DNA from: an uncultured Planctomycetia bacterium
GTDB lineage: Bacteria; Planctomycetota; UBA8108
NCBI GenBank assembly: GCA_964615885.1
Contig: CAZTRG010000296.1
Span: 10,313-74,312, forward strand
Reading direction: 5' to 3'
Length of the DNA: 64,000 nt
A program made the position numbers and the translations under genes. Under the pieces are notes generated by a model. The model worked only from the letters and a program-made list of their open reading frames with translations, had not been told where the DNA came from and made no database searches. This document shows positions 28,768 to 38,600 of this stretch, one piece after another (positions within the stretch are counted from its first letter, which is position 1; every line of letters begins with the position of its first letter).

Positions 28768-29883
28768 CTACCCGCTGGCAGCTGCCCCTGCCGCACCGGT
28801 ATCGTGTACGGGGGTTTCCTCCACCAGCCTGTCGATAATCGTCTCAGGACTGACTCCTTCGGCTTCCGCACTGAAGTTCGTCAGGATCCTGTGGCGCAGT
28901 ACAGGATAAGCAACCGCCTGGACATCCTCGGCAGAAACGTGGTTGCGGCCATAGAGAACAGCCCGGGCCTTGGCTCCAAGAATGAGGTACTGCGAAGCTC
29001 GCGGCCCCGCTCCCCATGCAAGCCAGCCCTTGATGTAATCGGGAGCCTCATCCTTATTGATCCGGGTTGCCCGTGTAAGCCTGAGGACGTAACGAATGAC
29101 CTCATCTGCAACCGGTACCTTTCGGACGATTTCCTGCAAATCCCTGATCTCCTCACCATTGAGGATTTCTTCAACCTCGGCCTCCATGCCGACCGTGGTC
29201 CGCTTCATGATCTCGACCTCTTCATCTTCGGTCGGGTAATCCACGAGAATATTGAACATGAAACGGTCGAGCTGGGCCTCTGGAAGCGGATAGGTACCTT
29301 CCTGCTCAATCGGGTTCTGGGTCGCAAGGACGAAGAAGGGCTCATCAAGCTCGTGCTTCTTGCCCCCTGCTGTCACCTGGCGCTCCTGCATGGCCTCCAG
29401 CAAGGCCGCCTGGGTCTTGGGGGGAGTCCTGTTGATCTCATCTGCAAGAATGACGTTGGCGAATACCGGTCCCTGGAGAAACCTGAAGTTCCTCTCCCCG
29501 GTACCCTTGTCCTCCTGGATCACCTCGGTACCCGTGATATCCGATGGCATGAGATCCGGGGTGAACTGGATTCTTGAAAAAGACAGGGAGAGGCAGCGCG
29601 CAAGGGTGCTGATGATCAGGGTCTTGGCAAGCCCGGGAACCCCCACCAGCAGGCTGTGCCCCCTGGCGAAAATTGAGATCAGAATCTGCTCGAGGACCTC
29701 GTCCTGGCCAACGATCACCTTGCCCAGCTCCGCACGGATCCTGTCGTAACTCTCCCGCAGTTTTTTTACCGTTTCAAGGTCACTCGAATCGAGGGGTGCC
29801 TCTGTTGGGGCCTGGGAGCTCTCGTCCTGGTTTTCGCCGGCTTCAGTTTTGTCGATGTCTTCTTCGCTCATCTCGACCTTCAC
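28768..29883 (-). CDS. moxR: MoxR-family AAA+ ATPase
   Basis: [33 protein letters not shown] (Walker A). [28 protein letters not shown] (Walker B / sensor). Classic MoxR/AAA_3 layout. First gene of the minus-strand operon. Confidence 0.9.
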   Translation of the reverse strand: MKVEMSEEDIDKTEAGENQDESSQAPTEAPLDSSDLETVKKLRESYDRIRAELGKVIVGQDEVLEQILISIFARGHSLLVGVPGLAKTLIISTLARCLSLSFSRIQFTPDLMPSDITGTEVIQEDKGTGERNFRFLQGPVFANVILADEINRTPPKTQAALLEAMQERQVTAGGKKHELDEPFFVLATQNPIEQEGTYPLPEAQLDRFMFNILVDYPTEDEEVEIMKRTTVGMEAEVEEILNGEEIRDLQEIVRKVPVADEVIRYVLRLTRATRINKDEAPDYIKGWLAWGAGPRASQYLILGAKARAVLYGRNHVSAEDVQAVAYPVLRHRILTNFSAEAEGVSPETIIDRLVEETPVHDTGAAGAAASG

Positions 29884-30407
29884 CGCCCTTTCCTGCAGGG
29901 CAAAATACCCGCCTGGCTATCCAGCCGGCCGGCATCGTGCTGAGTTTAAATATTGAATTCCAGATGGTCCCTGAAGCCCTCACCGGGAAAGAACACTCCC
30001 CGGAGAACCTCCTTTTTCCAGCAGCCGAAGTAGCTACGTAAGCTATGGAAGTGAAAGGGTTTCAAGCCGCAGGAATGATAAAATCACCCTCCAGCCTAGT
30101 CAAACACTATTAGCCCCCCGCTCAAGGGCGCGACCCGCGCTCAACATTTCCCTGGCGCCGGTCACAGCCACTCACTTTCACTGCCACTTGCAGCCGGCCA
30201 CACCCCCGAAGAACCGGGGACAGGTTCAAGGCCACACCGCAGGCTGCCGGCAGGCACTGGCAGGATCGGCAAAGAAGGCGGTGCCCCTCTGGAGTTGTAC
30301 TTGCTTTCTCTTAGGCTGCCCATATACTTACCCGATCAATTTTCACTTAAGCGGCAGCCAGCGCTGCACTTGTCTCCTTCACAGGAGACGACTCCAGGGA
30401 GTCTCAG

Positions 30408-31919
30408 ATGCACTCGGACGGGCAAACTGCCAGCGCCCTCTTTGAGAGAGGGGATGGTCTTACCTACAACGATTTCATCGTTCTGCCCGGACATATTGAC
30501 TTCGCTGCAACCGATGTCGGCTTATCGACCCTCATCACGCGCCGGATCGCCCTGAAGAACCCCATCTGCAGCTCGCCGATGGACACCGTGACCGAGAACA
30601 AGATGGCCATCGGAATGGCCTTGCTCGGTGGAATCGGGATTATCCACTACAACAACACTCCGGAGGCGCAGGTCGAGGAGGTCCGCAAGGTCAAGCGGTT
30701 TGAAAACGGCTTCATCACCGACCCGGTGGTGCTTGGACCGAAAAACACCATTGCCGATGTAGACCTGATCTTCCAGGAGCAGGGTTTCGCAGGCATTCCC
30801 ATCACAGAAGATGGGACCCTCAAAGGTAAATTAATCGGAATCGTCACCAACCGGGATGTTGATTTTGAGCCGGATCGCAACTGCCCCCTGCAGGAGGTTA
30901 TGGTTACCGACCTGGTAACGGCCCCCGAAGGCGTCACCCTCAACGAAGCGAACAAGATCCTTCGTGAGTCCAAAAAAGGGAAATTGCCGATCATCGACGA
31001 AAAGGGCTGCCTTGTTTCCCTCGTCTCACGTACAGACCTGAAAAAGAACAGGGACTTCCCCGAAGCCAGCAAAGATGAGAGCAAACAGCTCAGGGTCGGC
31101 GCAGCTATCTCCACCCAGCAGGCCGACCGCGAGAGGCTTGAAGGCCTTGTCGAAGCGGGAGTCGACCTGGTGGTCATTGACGCCGCCCAGGGTGATTCGG
31201 TTTTCCAGGTCGAGATGATCGAGGAGATCAAGAAGAACCACCCGACTGTAGACGTACTTGCAGGCAACGTGGTGACCACCAACCAGTGCGAGCACCTCAT
31301 CGATGCAGGAGCCGACGGCATCCGAATCGGCATGGGCCCCGGATCGATCTGCATTACCCAGGACACCATGGCTGTCGGCCGTGCCCAGGCAACCGCCGTT
31401 TACCAATGTGCCAAGTATTGCAGGACGCGCAAGATCCCGGTCGTTGCCGATGGCGGGATCAACAACACAGGCGCCCTCGGAAAGGCCCTGGCACTCGGAG
31501 CCAACGTGGGAATGATGGGATCGATGTTTGCCGGAACCCAGGAGACCCCTGGCGATTATTTCTACAAGGATGGAATGCGGGTCAAGAAATACCGGGGGAT
31601 GGCTTCGGTCGAGGCCATGGAGCGCGGCGGTGGAAAGCGCTACATGTACTCCAACAGAAACATCAAGGTTGCCCAGGGAGTATCCGGCCTGGTTGTCGAT
31701 AAGGGCTCGGTCTATGACCTGGTCCCCTACCTCGTACAGAGCCTGCGCCAGTCATTCCAGGACATGGGACACCGTACCATCGAAGATCTTCACCAGGCCC
31801 TGGAGAACGATGGGATTCGTTTTGAGAGACGATCCCCCTCAGCCCAGCGCGAAGGTGGAGTCCATGGCCTCATGGCCTACGATGAGCCGTTCAGGGAGGG
31901 CGGGCGAGAGAGACAATAA
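30408..31919 (+). CDS. guaB: Inosine-5'-monophosphate dehydrogenase, with CBS pair
   Basis: Catalytic loop [45 protein letters not shown] pair between the barrel halves. Confidence 0.9.
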   Translation: MHSDGQTASALFERGDGLTYNDFIVLPGHIDFAATDVGLSTLITRRIALKNPICSSPMDTVTENKMAIGMALLGGIGIIHYNNTPEAQVEEVRKVKRFENGFITDPVVLGPKNTIADVDLIFQEQGFAGIPITEDGTLKGKLIGIVTNRDVDFEPDRNCPLQEVMVTDLVTAPEGVTLNEANKILRESKKGKLPIIDEKGCLVSLVSRTDLKKNRDFPEASKDESKQLRVGAAISTQQADRERLEGLVEAGVDLVVIDAAQGDSVFQVEMIEEIKKNHPTVDVLAGNVVTTNQCEHLIDAGADGIRIGMGPGSICITQDTMAVGRAQATAVYQCAKYCRTRKIPVVADGGINNTGALGKALALGANVGMMGSMFAGTQETPGDYFYKDGMRVKKYRGMASVEAMERGGGKRYMYSNRNIKVAQGVSGLVVDKGSVYDLVPYLVQSLRQSFQDMGHRTIEDLHQALENDGIRFERRSPSAQREGGVHGLMAYDEPFREGGRERQ

Positions 31920-32018
31920 TCACTCCCCCTCCTACCCCTGTGCCTGCTAAGCTATCGTAAATTCCCCAGGAGCTGCCGCCCCTGGCTTTTTCCCAATTGA
32001 TTATCCGGAACCAAACCC

Positions 32019-33557
32019 TTGCCTGAATTCGTAGCAATATTGGACTTCGGCTCCCAGTACACGCAGCTGATCGCGCGCCGGGTCCGAGAACAGAAGGTCT
32101 ACTGCGAGATCCTGAAGTGTGACACTTCCCCCGAGGATCTCTCCGGCAGACAGCTGAAAGGAATTATCCTCTCAGGCGGGCCTTCAGGTGTCTACGAAGA
32201 GGATGCTCCACGCTGTAATCCCGCCATTTTCGACCTCAAGGTTCCCATCCTGGGAATCTGCTATGGCATGCAGCTTGGGTGCGAAATTCTTGGTGGAAAG
32301 GTCATCCCTGCCAAACACCGTGAATACGGATCCACCGAGCTGGATGTCTCTGTGGAAGACGACCTCTTCAGCGGCCTCGAAAGCACAACCACTGTCTGGA
32401 TGAGCCATGGCGACCGGGTCACCGATATCGAAGAGGGATTCGAGACCATCGCAAAAACAGACAACTGCCCCCATGCCGGTATCCGGCACCGGGAAGCAGG
32501 CTTCCACGGAATCCAGTTCCATCCCGAGGTGACCCATACGCCCGAGGGATCCAAGATCCTTCGCAACTTTCTCTACTCCATCTGCGACTGCTCGGGCGAC
32601 TGGTCCCTGAGCCGCTTCATCGAGGAAAAAACGGCTGAGCTCAAAGAGACCATCGGCTCGAAGAATGTCGTCCTTGGCCTCTCCGGTGGCGTTGATTCAA
32701 GTGTCGTCGCCCTCCTTCTTGACCGCTCCATCGGCAAGCAGCTGACCTGCATTTTCGTCGACAACGGTGTCCTGAGAAAAGATGAACGCGAGCAGGTCAG
32801 GGATATGTTTACCGACCACTATGAGTTCAACCTGCGGGTTGTCGATGCGACCGAGGTCTTCCTCAATAACCTGGCCGGTGTTGAAGATCCCGAGGAGAAG
32901 CGCAAGCGAATCGGCAATACATTCATCGATGTCTTCAAGGAAGAGGCGGCCGACATTCCCGATGTCGAATTCCTCGCCCAGGGAACACTCTATCCCGATG
33001 TCATCGAAAGTCTCTCCCCCATAGGCGGCCCCTCGGCCACCATCAAGAGCCACCACAATGTCGGCGGCCTGCCCGAACAGCTTGGCTTTGAGCTCGTCGA
33101 GCCCCTCAGGAGCCTGTTTAAAGACGAGGTTCGCCAGATCGGCAAAGAGATGGGCCTGGCCCCCGAGCTTCTCCACAGGCAGCCCTTCCCCGGCCCCGGG
33201 CTGGCGGTCCGGGTGCTGGGAGAGGTGACGGCTGACCGGCTCGATATCCTGCGCAACGCCGATGCCATCATCCAGGAAGAGATCGAGAAGTGGGAAGGCT
33301 ACCCGGGTATCTGGCAATCCTTCGGGGTGCTCCTCCCGGTTCAGACGGTAGGGGTCATGGGAGACCAGAGAACCTACGACAATGTTGTAGCCCTTCGCAT
33401 CGTGGAATCTCTCGATGGAATGACAGCCAACTGGATCCACCTCCCACAGGAGATCCTGGCCACTATCTCATCAAGGATCTGCAACGAGGTGCCGGGAATC
33501 AACCGGGTTGTCCTCGACATCTCCTCCAAGCCACCTTCCACCATCGAATGGGAATGA
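32019..33557 (+). CDS. guaA: GMP synthase (glutamine-hydrolysing)
   Basis: GATase1 N-terminus (ILDFGSQYTQLIARRVRE, catalytic GICYGMQL). ATP-PPase motif SGGVDSSV. C-terminal dimerisation domain ending IEWE. Confidence 0.9.
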   Translation: MPEFVAILDFGSQYTQLIARRVREQKVYCEILKCDTSPEDLSGRQLKGIILSGGPSGVYEEDAPRCNPAIFDLKVPILGICYGMQLGCEILGGKVIPAKHREYGSTELDVSVEDDLFSGLESTTTVWMSHGDRVTDIEEGFETIAKTDNCPHAGIRHREAGFHGIQFHPEVTHTPEGSKILRNFLYSICDCSGDWSLSRFIEEKTAELKETIGSKNVVLGLSGGVDSSVVALLLDRSIGKQLTCIFVDNGVLRKDEREQVRDMFTDHYEFNLRVVDATEVFLNNLAGVEDPEEKRKRIGNTFIDVFKEEAADIPDVEFLAQGTLYPDVIESLSPIGGPSATIKSHHNVGGLPEQLGFELVEPLRSLFKDEVRQIGKEMGLAPELLHRQPFPGPGLAVRVLGEVTADRLDILRNADAIIQEEIEKWEGYPGIWQSFGVLLPVQTVGVMGDQRTYDNVVALRIVESLDGMTANWIHLPQEILATISSRICNEVPGINRVVLDISSKPPSTIEWE

Positions 33558-33570
33558 CCAGGCGAACCCC

Positions 33571-34059
33571 ATGACAGACCAGGAAGGCAAACTTGATGCC
33601 AGCGGAAGGTGTTTCGCAATTGCTGCCTCCCGCTTCAACGATTTCGTCGTGGAAGGTCTTCTCAAGGGGGCCCGGGACACTCTCCTGGAGCTTGGAGCAG
33701 GAGAAGATTCCATCGAGGTCTACCAGGTTCCCGGGGCATTTGAGATCCCGGCGATAGCCCGCAAGCTGGTTGAAGAGAACCGCTTCGATGCGGTCATCTG
33801 CCTCGGGGCGGTTATCCGCGGCGAGACTCCTCATTTTGACTATGTCGCGGGAGAATCAGCGCGTGAGCTTGCCCACCTCGCAGCCAGGAGCCCCATACCG
33901 GTCATCTATGGGATCCTGACCACCGACACCATCGAGCAGGCTCTTGACCGGATCGAGTTCAGGGAGGACGGCAACAAGGGATCCTATGCAGCCAGGGCCG
34001 CAGTGGAAATGGCGGATCTCTTTGCCGGGCTCAAAGGGAGTCAAGCTCCTGATGCCTAA
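33571..34059 (+). CDS. ribH: 6,7-dimethyl-8-ribityllumazine synthase
   Basis: FAIAASRFNDFVVEGLLKGA...VPGAFEIPAIARKL...DAVICLGAVIRGETPHFDYVAG. The start is taken as MTDQEG just after the guaA stop; the ORF track begins 21 codons earlier inside guaA. Confidence 0.85.
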   Translation: MTDQEGKLDASGRCFAIAASRFNDFVVEGLLKGARDTLLELGAGEDSIEVYQVPGAFEIPAIARKLVEENRFDAVICLGAVIRGETPHFDYVAGESARELAHLAARSPIPVIYGILTTDTIEQALDRIEFREDGNKGSYAARAAVEMADLFAGLKGSQAPDA

Positions 34060-34498
34060 GCGAAACAGAACACTCGCCAGGGAGCTCGCCCTGCAGACAC
34101 TCTACCAGCAGGATCTCGCAGGCAACAAGTCCCGGAAAATGTGGCTCTACAGGGATTGGGAAATCTGCGCAATCCTGGCGCAGGCCACCGACAACCACAA
34201 GGTTCGCAGCTATGCCAGGATGCTCATCCTGGGAACATTAAAAAACATCCGGGAGCTCGATGAACGCATCAGCGAGGTCACTAACAACTGGAAACTGGAG
34301 CGAATCGCCGCCGTAGATCGCGCAGCGCTCCGCCAGGGACTCTACGAACTGCTCGAGGTCGAAGAGGTTCCTCCAAAGGTCGTTATCAATGAAACTGTCG
34401 AGCTGGCCAAGACCTTCAGCACTGCCAAGTCAGGTGCCTTTGTTAACGGTGTCCTTGATAAGCTCTACCAAAACCTGTTAGCCACGTCTGAAAGCTGA
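34052..34498 (+). CDS. nusB: Transcription antitermination factor NusB
   Basis: MPKRNRTLARELALQTLYQ... arginine-rich N-terminus typical of NusB. Canonical ribH-nusB order with an 8-nt overlap. Confidence 0.75.
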   Translation: MPKRNRTLARELALQTLYQQDLAGNKSRKMWLYRDWEICAILAQATDNHKVRSYARMLILGTLKNIRELDERISEVTNNWKLERIAAVDRAALRQGLYELLEVEEVPPKVVINETVELAKTFSTAKSGAFVNGVLDKLYQNLLATSES

Positions 34499-34527
34499 CT
34501 CAACAGATAATTCCGGAGGCCGGTTGA

Positions 34528-35658
34528 ATGGCATGGTTCAAAAAATGGAGATCGGGCAAGAAAAAAGATCCCGAGGCTTTACCCGCCGAAGCAGCTGAAG
34601 CTCCCCTGGAGGAAGAAGAGGAGCCGGCCGGGGAAGATTCCGGACTGGAAACCGAGCCAGCCGATCCGCCCCCTCCCGCTCCAGAGCCGCAAAAGCAGGA
34701 AGAACCGGAGAAAAAACCGGAGAAAAAGAAGAGGTCTGCCTGGTCCATCCTGCGCCGGGGACTGGAGAAGACCCGCCAGGGTATTGCGGGGATCTTCAGC
34801 CTGGGCAGGGCCATCGACGAGGAGCTGGTCGATGAAATCCAGGACAGTCTCATCGCCGCTGATTTCGGTCCGGAAACCGTAACCGAGCTGATCGAGGGCG
34901 AAGACGGCCTGCGCAAAGCCTGGAAAGACAAGAAGCTCAAGGAATCAACCGAGGTCCGTGATTTTCTCAAGGACCTGCTGAAGGGCAATCTCAAGAAGAG
35001 AGACAACAGCCTCCTGCAGGCAGCCGAGGCGCCCACTGTTATCCTGGTTTCCGGGGTGAATGGAACCGGCAAGACCACCAGCATCGCAAAGCTTGCCCAC
35101 CGCCTCTCGGCTGAGGGCAAGACTGTAATTCTTGCCGCAGCAGACACCTTCCGGGCAGCTGCGGTTGAGCAGCTGACCATCTGGAGCCAGCGACTCGGCA
35201 TCGAGATTGTAACGGGAGAGGCCGAGTCCGACCCGGCCTCCGTAGCCTACAGGGCTGCTGAACAGGCCGCCGAAACCGGTGCAGATTACCTGATCGTCGA
35301 CACCGCGGGACGCCTCCACACCCAGACCAACCTGATGAAAGAGCTCTCCAAGATCCGCAACGTACTGGAAAAGAAAATCAGCGGCGCGCCCCATGAATCG
35401 CTGCTGGTTCTCGATGCCACAACTGGACAGAATGCCCTCCTGCAGGCCTCGCACTTCCTGGAGGCAGTCCAGGTCAGCGGCATCGTCCTGACCAAGCTCG
35501 ATGGTACCGCCAAGGGAGGGATCGTGGTGGCCATCAACAACCGCCTCCAGATCCCCGTCAAGTTCATCGGGGTTGGAGAGCAGGTTGAAGACCTCGAGGC
35601 CTTCAACCCTGACGGATTCGTCGATGCCCTGCTCGATTCAGCCGAAAGCACCAGCTAA
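34528..35658 (+). CDS. ftsY: Signal-recognition-particle receptor FtsY
   Basis: Acidic N-terminal A domain. NG domain with G1 motif VILVSGVNGTGKTTSIAKLA, LIVDTAGR, TKLDGTAKGG. Confidence 0.85.
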   Translation: MAWFKKWRSGKKKDPEALPAEAAEAPLEEEEEPAGEDSGLETEPADPPPPAPEPQKQEEPEKKPEKKKRSAWSILRRGLEKTRQGIAGIFSLGRAIDEELVDEIQDSLIAADFGPETVTELIEGEDGLRKAWKDKKLKESTEVRDFLKDLLKGNLKKRDNSLLQAAEAPTVILVSGVNGTGKTTSIAKLAHRLSAEGKTVILAAADTFRAAAVEQLTIWSQRLGIEIVTGEAESDPASVAYRAAEQAAETGADYLIVDTAGRLHTQTNLMKELSKIRNVLEKKISGAPHESLLVLDATTGQNALLQASHFLEAVQVSGIVLTKLDGTAKGGIVVAINNRLQIPVKFIGVGEQVEDLEAFNPDGFVDALLDSAESTS

Positions 35659-35674
35659 AAGCTGCTGCTTTCGA

Positions 35675-38600
35675 TCAGAATCCAAACGGCAGGCAACCGG
35701 CCTCGTCCAGGCGGAAAGGCAGGCTCAGGCTCTGGAGTGACTGGCTCTCACCGGTGCCGAACTTCGACTGGAAGTAGACACGGAACCGGACGAAGCGCGT
35801 ACCCTTGAGATTCCTCGGGTCACGCACCAGGCCATTCAGCTCATCAGCCTGGCCATGGACATCAAGGCTCTCGCCGGCGCTTTCCCAGACCACGACAGCC
35901 CTCGTTCCCGGAGGCTGCTGGAAGGTATTGTAAACCACCCTGGCGCCATCAAGCATGAGGCCGTGGGTGGAAGCCGAGAAGCCCGGTCCAACGCCGAGAC
36001 GATGGATTCGAGAGACAGCTACCGATTCGACGATATCCCAGAGGAAGGGGCCCGTTGTAACGCTCGGGTTGACTCCCTGGCTCCTGATTCGCGAGGTCGG
36101 GGAGAACTCGATACGGATCCGGCCATTTGCCGCACCCCCACCCAGGCCGCCAAAGGCGGTCCCGGTAAGAGCCGGCGGAGAAGCCTGGCTGGCACGAATA
36201 TTACCCTCGTAGAGACGAATACCTGAGGAGAAGAAGGGTGGCAACCTGTTGGCCTCTCCAGCGCTGACGTCAGACTGGAAGCCGTTCTCTATCGTGATCG
36301 TGTTCTTGACCTGGAGGAAGATCGTTCCACCGGCCCCGGCCCCACCATTACCGGCAAGGTCAATCGACTGGAAGGCATCACCCCCACGGGCAAGAAGCTT
36401 GGAGGTCGAACGCAGGTAGAGGTCGTTGGCAACGATATTGATAATACCGCCACCACCGCCGCCGCCCGTTCCGGGAGCGTAGAGAGCCTCACCCTTGTAG
36501 GGATAGGTTCCGGAGATACTTCCGTTCTGGTAGGTACGGCTGACATTGGCGCTCGCGCCACCACCGCCTCCACCGAGGCCGCCGACAAGCGCCAGCCCGA
36601 TAATCACGTTGTTGAGGTAGAGGCGCTGGTCCCTGAAGTTGACCAGGTCACCGCCCTGTCCCACCAGAGAATTACGCAGGCCACCACGGCCGGGCAGGAG
36701 AAGGACGTCTCCATTAGAGCCCGCCCTCAGGTTTCCACCACCGCCGCCACCGCCACCGGACTCGAAACAGTCGATTCCACAGGTACGGCCGCCGAGGCTT
36801 GAACCTCCGGTCGACCCGGTGATCGGGGGATTCTGGATTCCAAAGGTGTTGGCCGTCTCGATGATATTGGGCAGCAGCGAGTCACCCGCATCCGAGACCT
36901 GGATATTGTTGGGGTTCACATCAAAGTTCGTGACCATTCCCCCGTCGCCACCGGCGCCACCACCGGCCCCGGGAACACCGCCAAAGCCGAAGGCCGGCAG
37001 GCCGCCACCCTGGGTAAAGCGAAGTGCACCACCGTGGCCACCGGAAGCATCGATGGTCCCGGAAATTTCAGCGTAGTCCCTGACCGAGATCCGAAGAGGA
37101 TTAGGGCCGGTCGCGCGCAGGACAACGTCCTCGTCGATAATAAGCGCGGAGAGATCCATGAAGCCCGGATTGTTATCCGAAGCACGGGTTTCCTTCACGA
37201 TATTGCCGACCGGAGAGCGCAGGGTGCTGGAGGCCGTATCAAAGACCCAGACCGAAAGAGGACGACCGGTCTGCGTGTCGCTGAGCGGAGCTCCTGTATC
37301 GGGGTCGAGACTCTGGATAAAGCGCAGGTGAACCACTCCGTCCCTGCCGCGGCCGAATTCCGGCTCTTCAGGTGCCTCGATAAAGCCGCCGTTCATCAGA
37401 ACGGTCGGATCATCTGCAGGCTGGATAGTACTTGGAGAGATGAATACCGAGGTTCCGCTCGAATGAGAAACCCTGGAACCTTCGATAGCGCGAGTCAGGC
37501 CGGTGAAGGTGTTGGCGGTCTTGCCGCTGTAGGCTATGACCTCATCGTCAATCTTCACCTTACCTGCATTCGGGAATGCCTGGGTCGACTGAACCCGGAT
37601 CGTCTGGTTTCGGTTATTGGAACCGCTGAGCGTAGAGGTCAGCCTGGTAGAGGCCTGGAGGGTCATACAGAAAGGCGTTCCGCCTGTTCCGCTCTCGAGG
37701 CGAATATAACCATCACTGCCTATTCCGCGTCCACCGGTACGATTCTGGCCATTGGAGGGACCGCCGGTACCACCGGCTCCACCCCTGACCTGGAGACTGT
37801 CACAGGTGCTTACGTCAACACTTCCGGTGGCGCGCAGGTGGATAGATCCTCCACTTCCGCCGCCGCCCGCTCCACCGTTGGTCGTTCCTGCCGGGGCCTC
37901 TCCAGGAGGCACCCTTCCGGAACCGCCCCCGCCGCCATTGGCCTGGACCGAACCGATCACAACGACTCCACCGCGTGCGGTCAGCCTCAAGGCTCCACCG
38001 CCGCCGCCACCGCCACCGCCACCGGTAGCGGCAAACTCACCGCCCGTGGTGCGGGAAAGACTGGCCCCTCCACCACCTCCACCCGACCCGGTGGTCAGGG
38101 GGGTGAGCAGGGCATTTCCTCGTATCACACCGCCAGCACCCACGCGAGGTGCGGAGAAATTGGGAATGTTGGGGTTGCCGTAATTACCATCGCCACCGGC
38201 TTCCCTGTGGCCACCACCACCGCCGGGAGCACCGGCAAAGGTAGAGTTCCGGGCCTGGTCAGGATTGATAGCCGCCGGGGTCGTTCCACCAACGCCGCCT
38301 CCATTAGCTCCGGCCATGGCCGGCTCAAGAAGACGTACAGTAGCCCCTGTATTCAACTGCATAAGAGCGCCGTCACCTCCAGCGCCGCCGCCAGCGGTTC
38401 CATCTCCACCTTGTCCACCCACCAGGGAGCCATCCGCTCCATCTCCACCATTGAGATCAAGAGCTCCCATGATGGTAAACACCGGGTCTGTATCAGACGC
38501 CGCGTTTCCACCACCGGAAACCCGCATCACAAGGGGGCGGTCCCCCTGCACGAAGACAGTGGTCTGCGGTGCAATGGTGAAGGTTGCAAAATGAAATTCA

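Noticed and set aside
34500-35201. 233-aa minus-strand ORF
   Set aside because: Antisense to the acidic N-terminal domain of ftsY, whose GAA/GAG-rich sequence is stop-free on the opposite strand.
35656-35680. Short hairpin (AAAGC-tgctg-GCTTT) between convergent ftsY and the giant lipoprotein gene, and GGGGGCCCCC at 4340-4349 between convergent yhaM-like and dapA
   Set aside because: Stems are 5 bp with no U-tract. They cannot be distinguished from chance in GC-rich DNA, so they are not reported as terminators.
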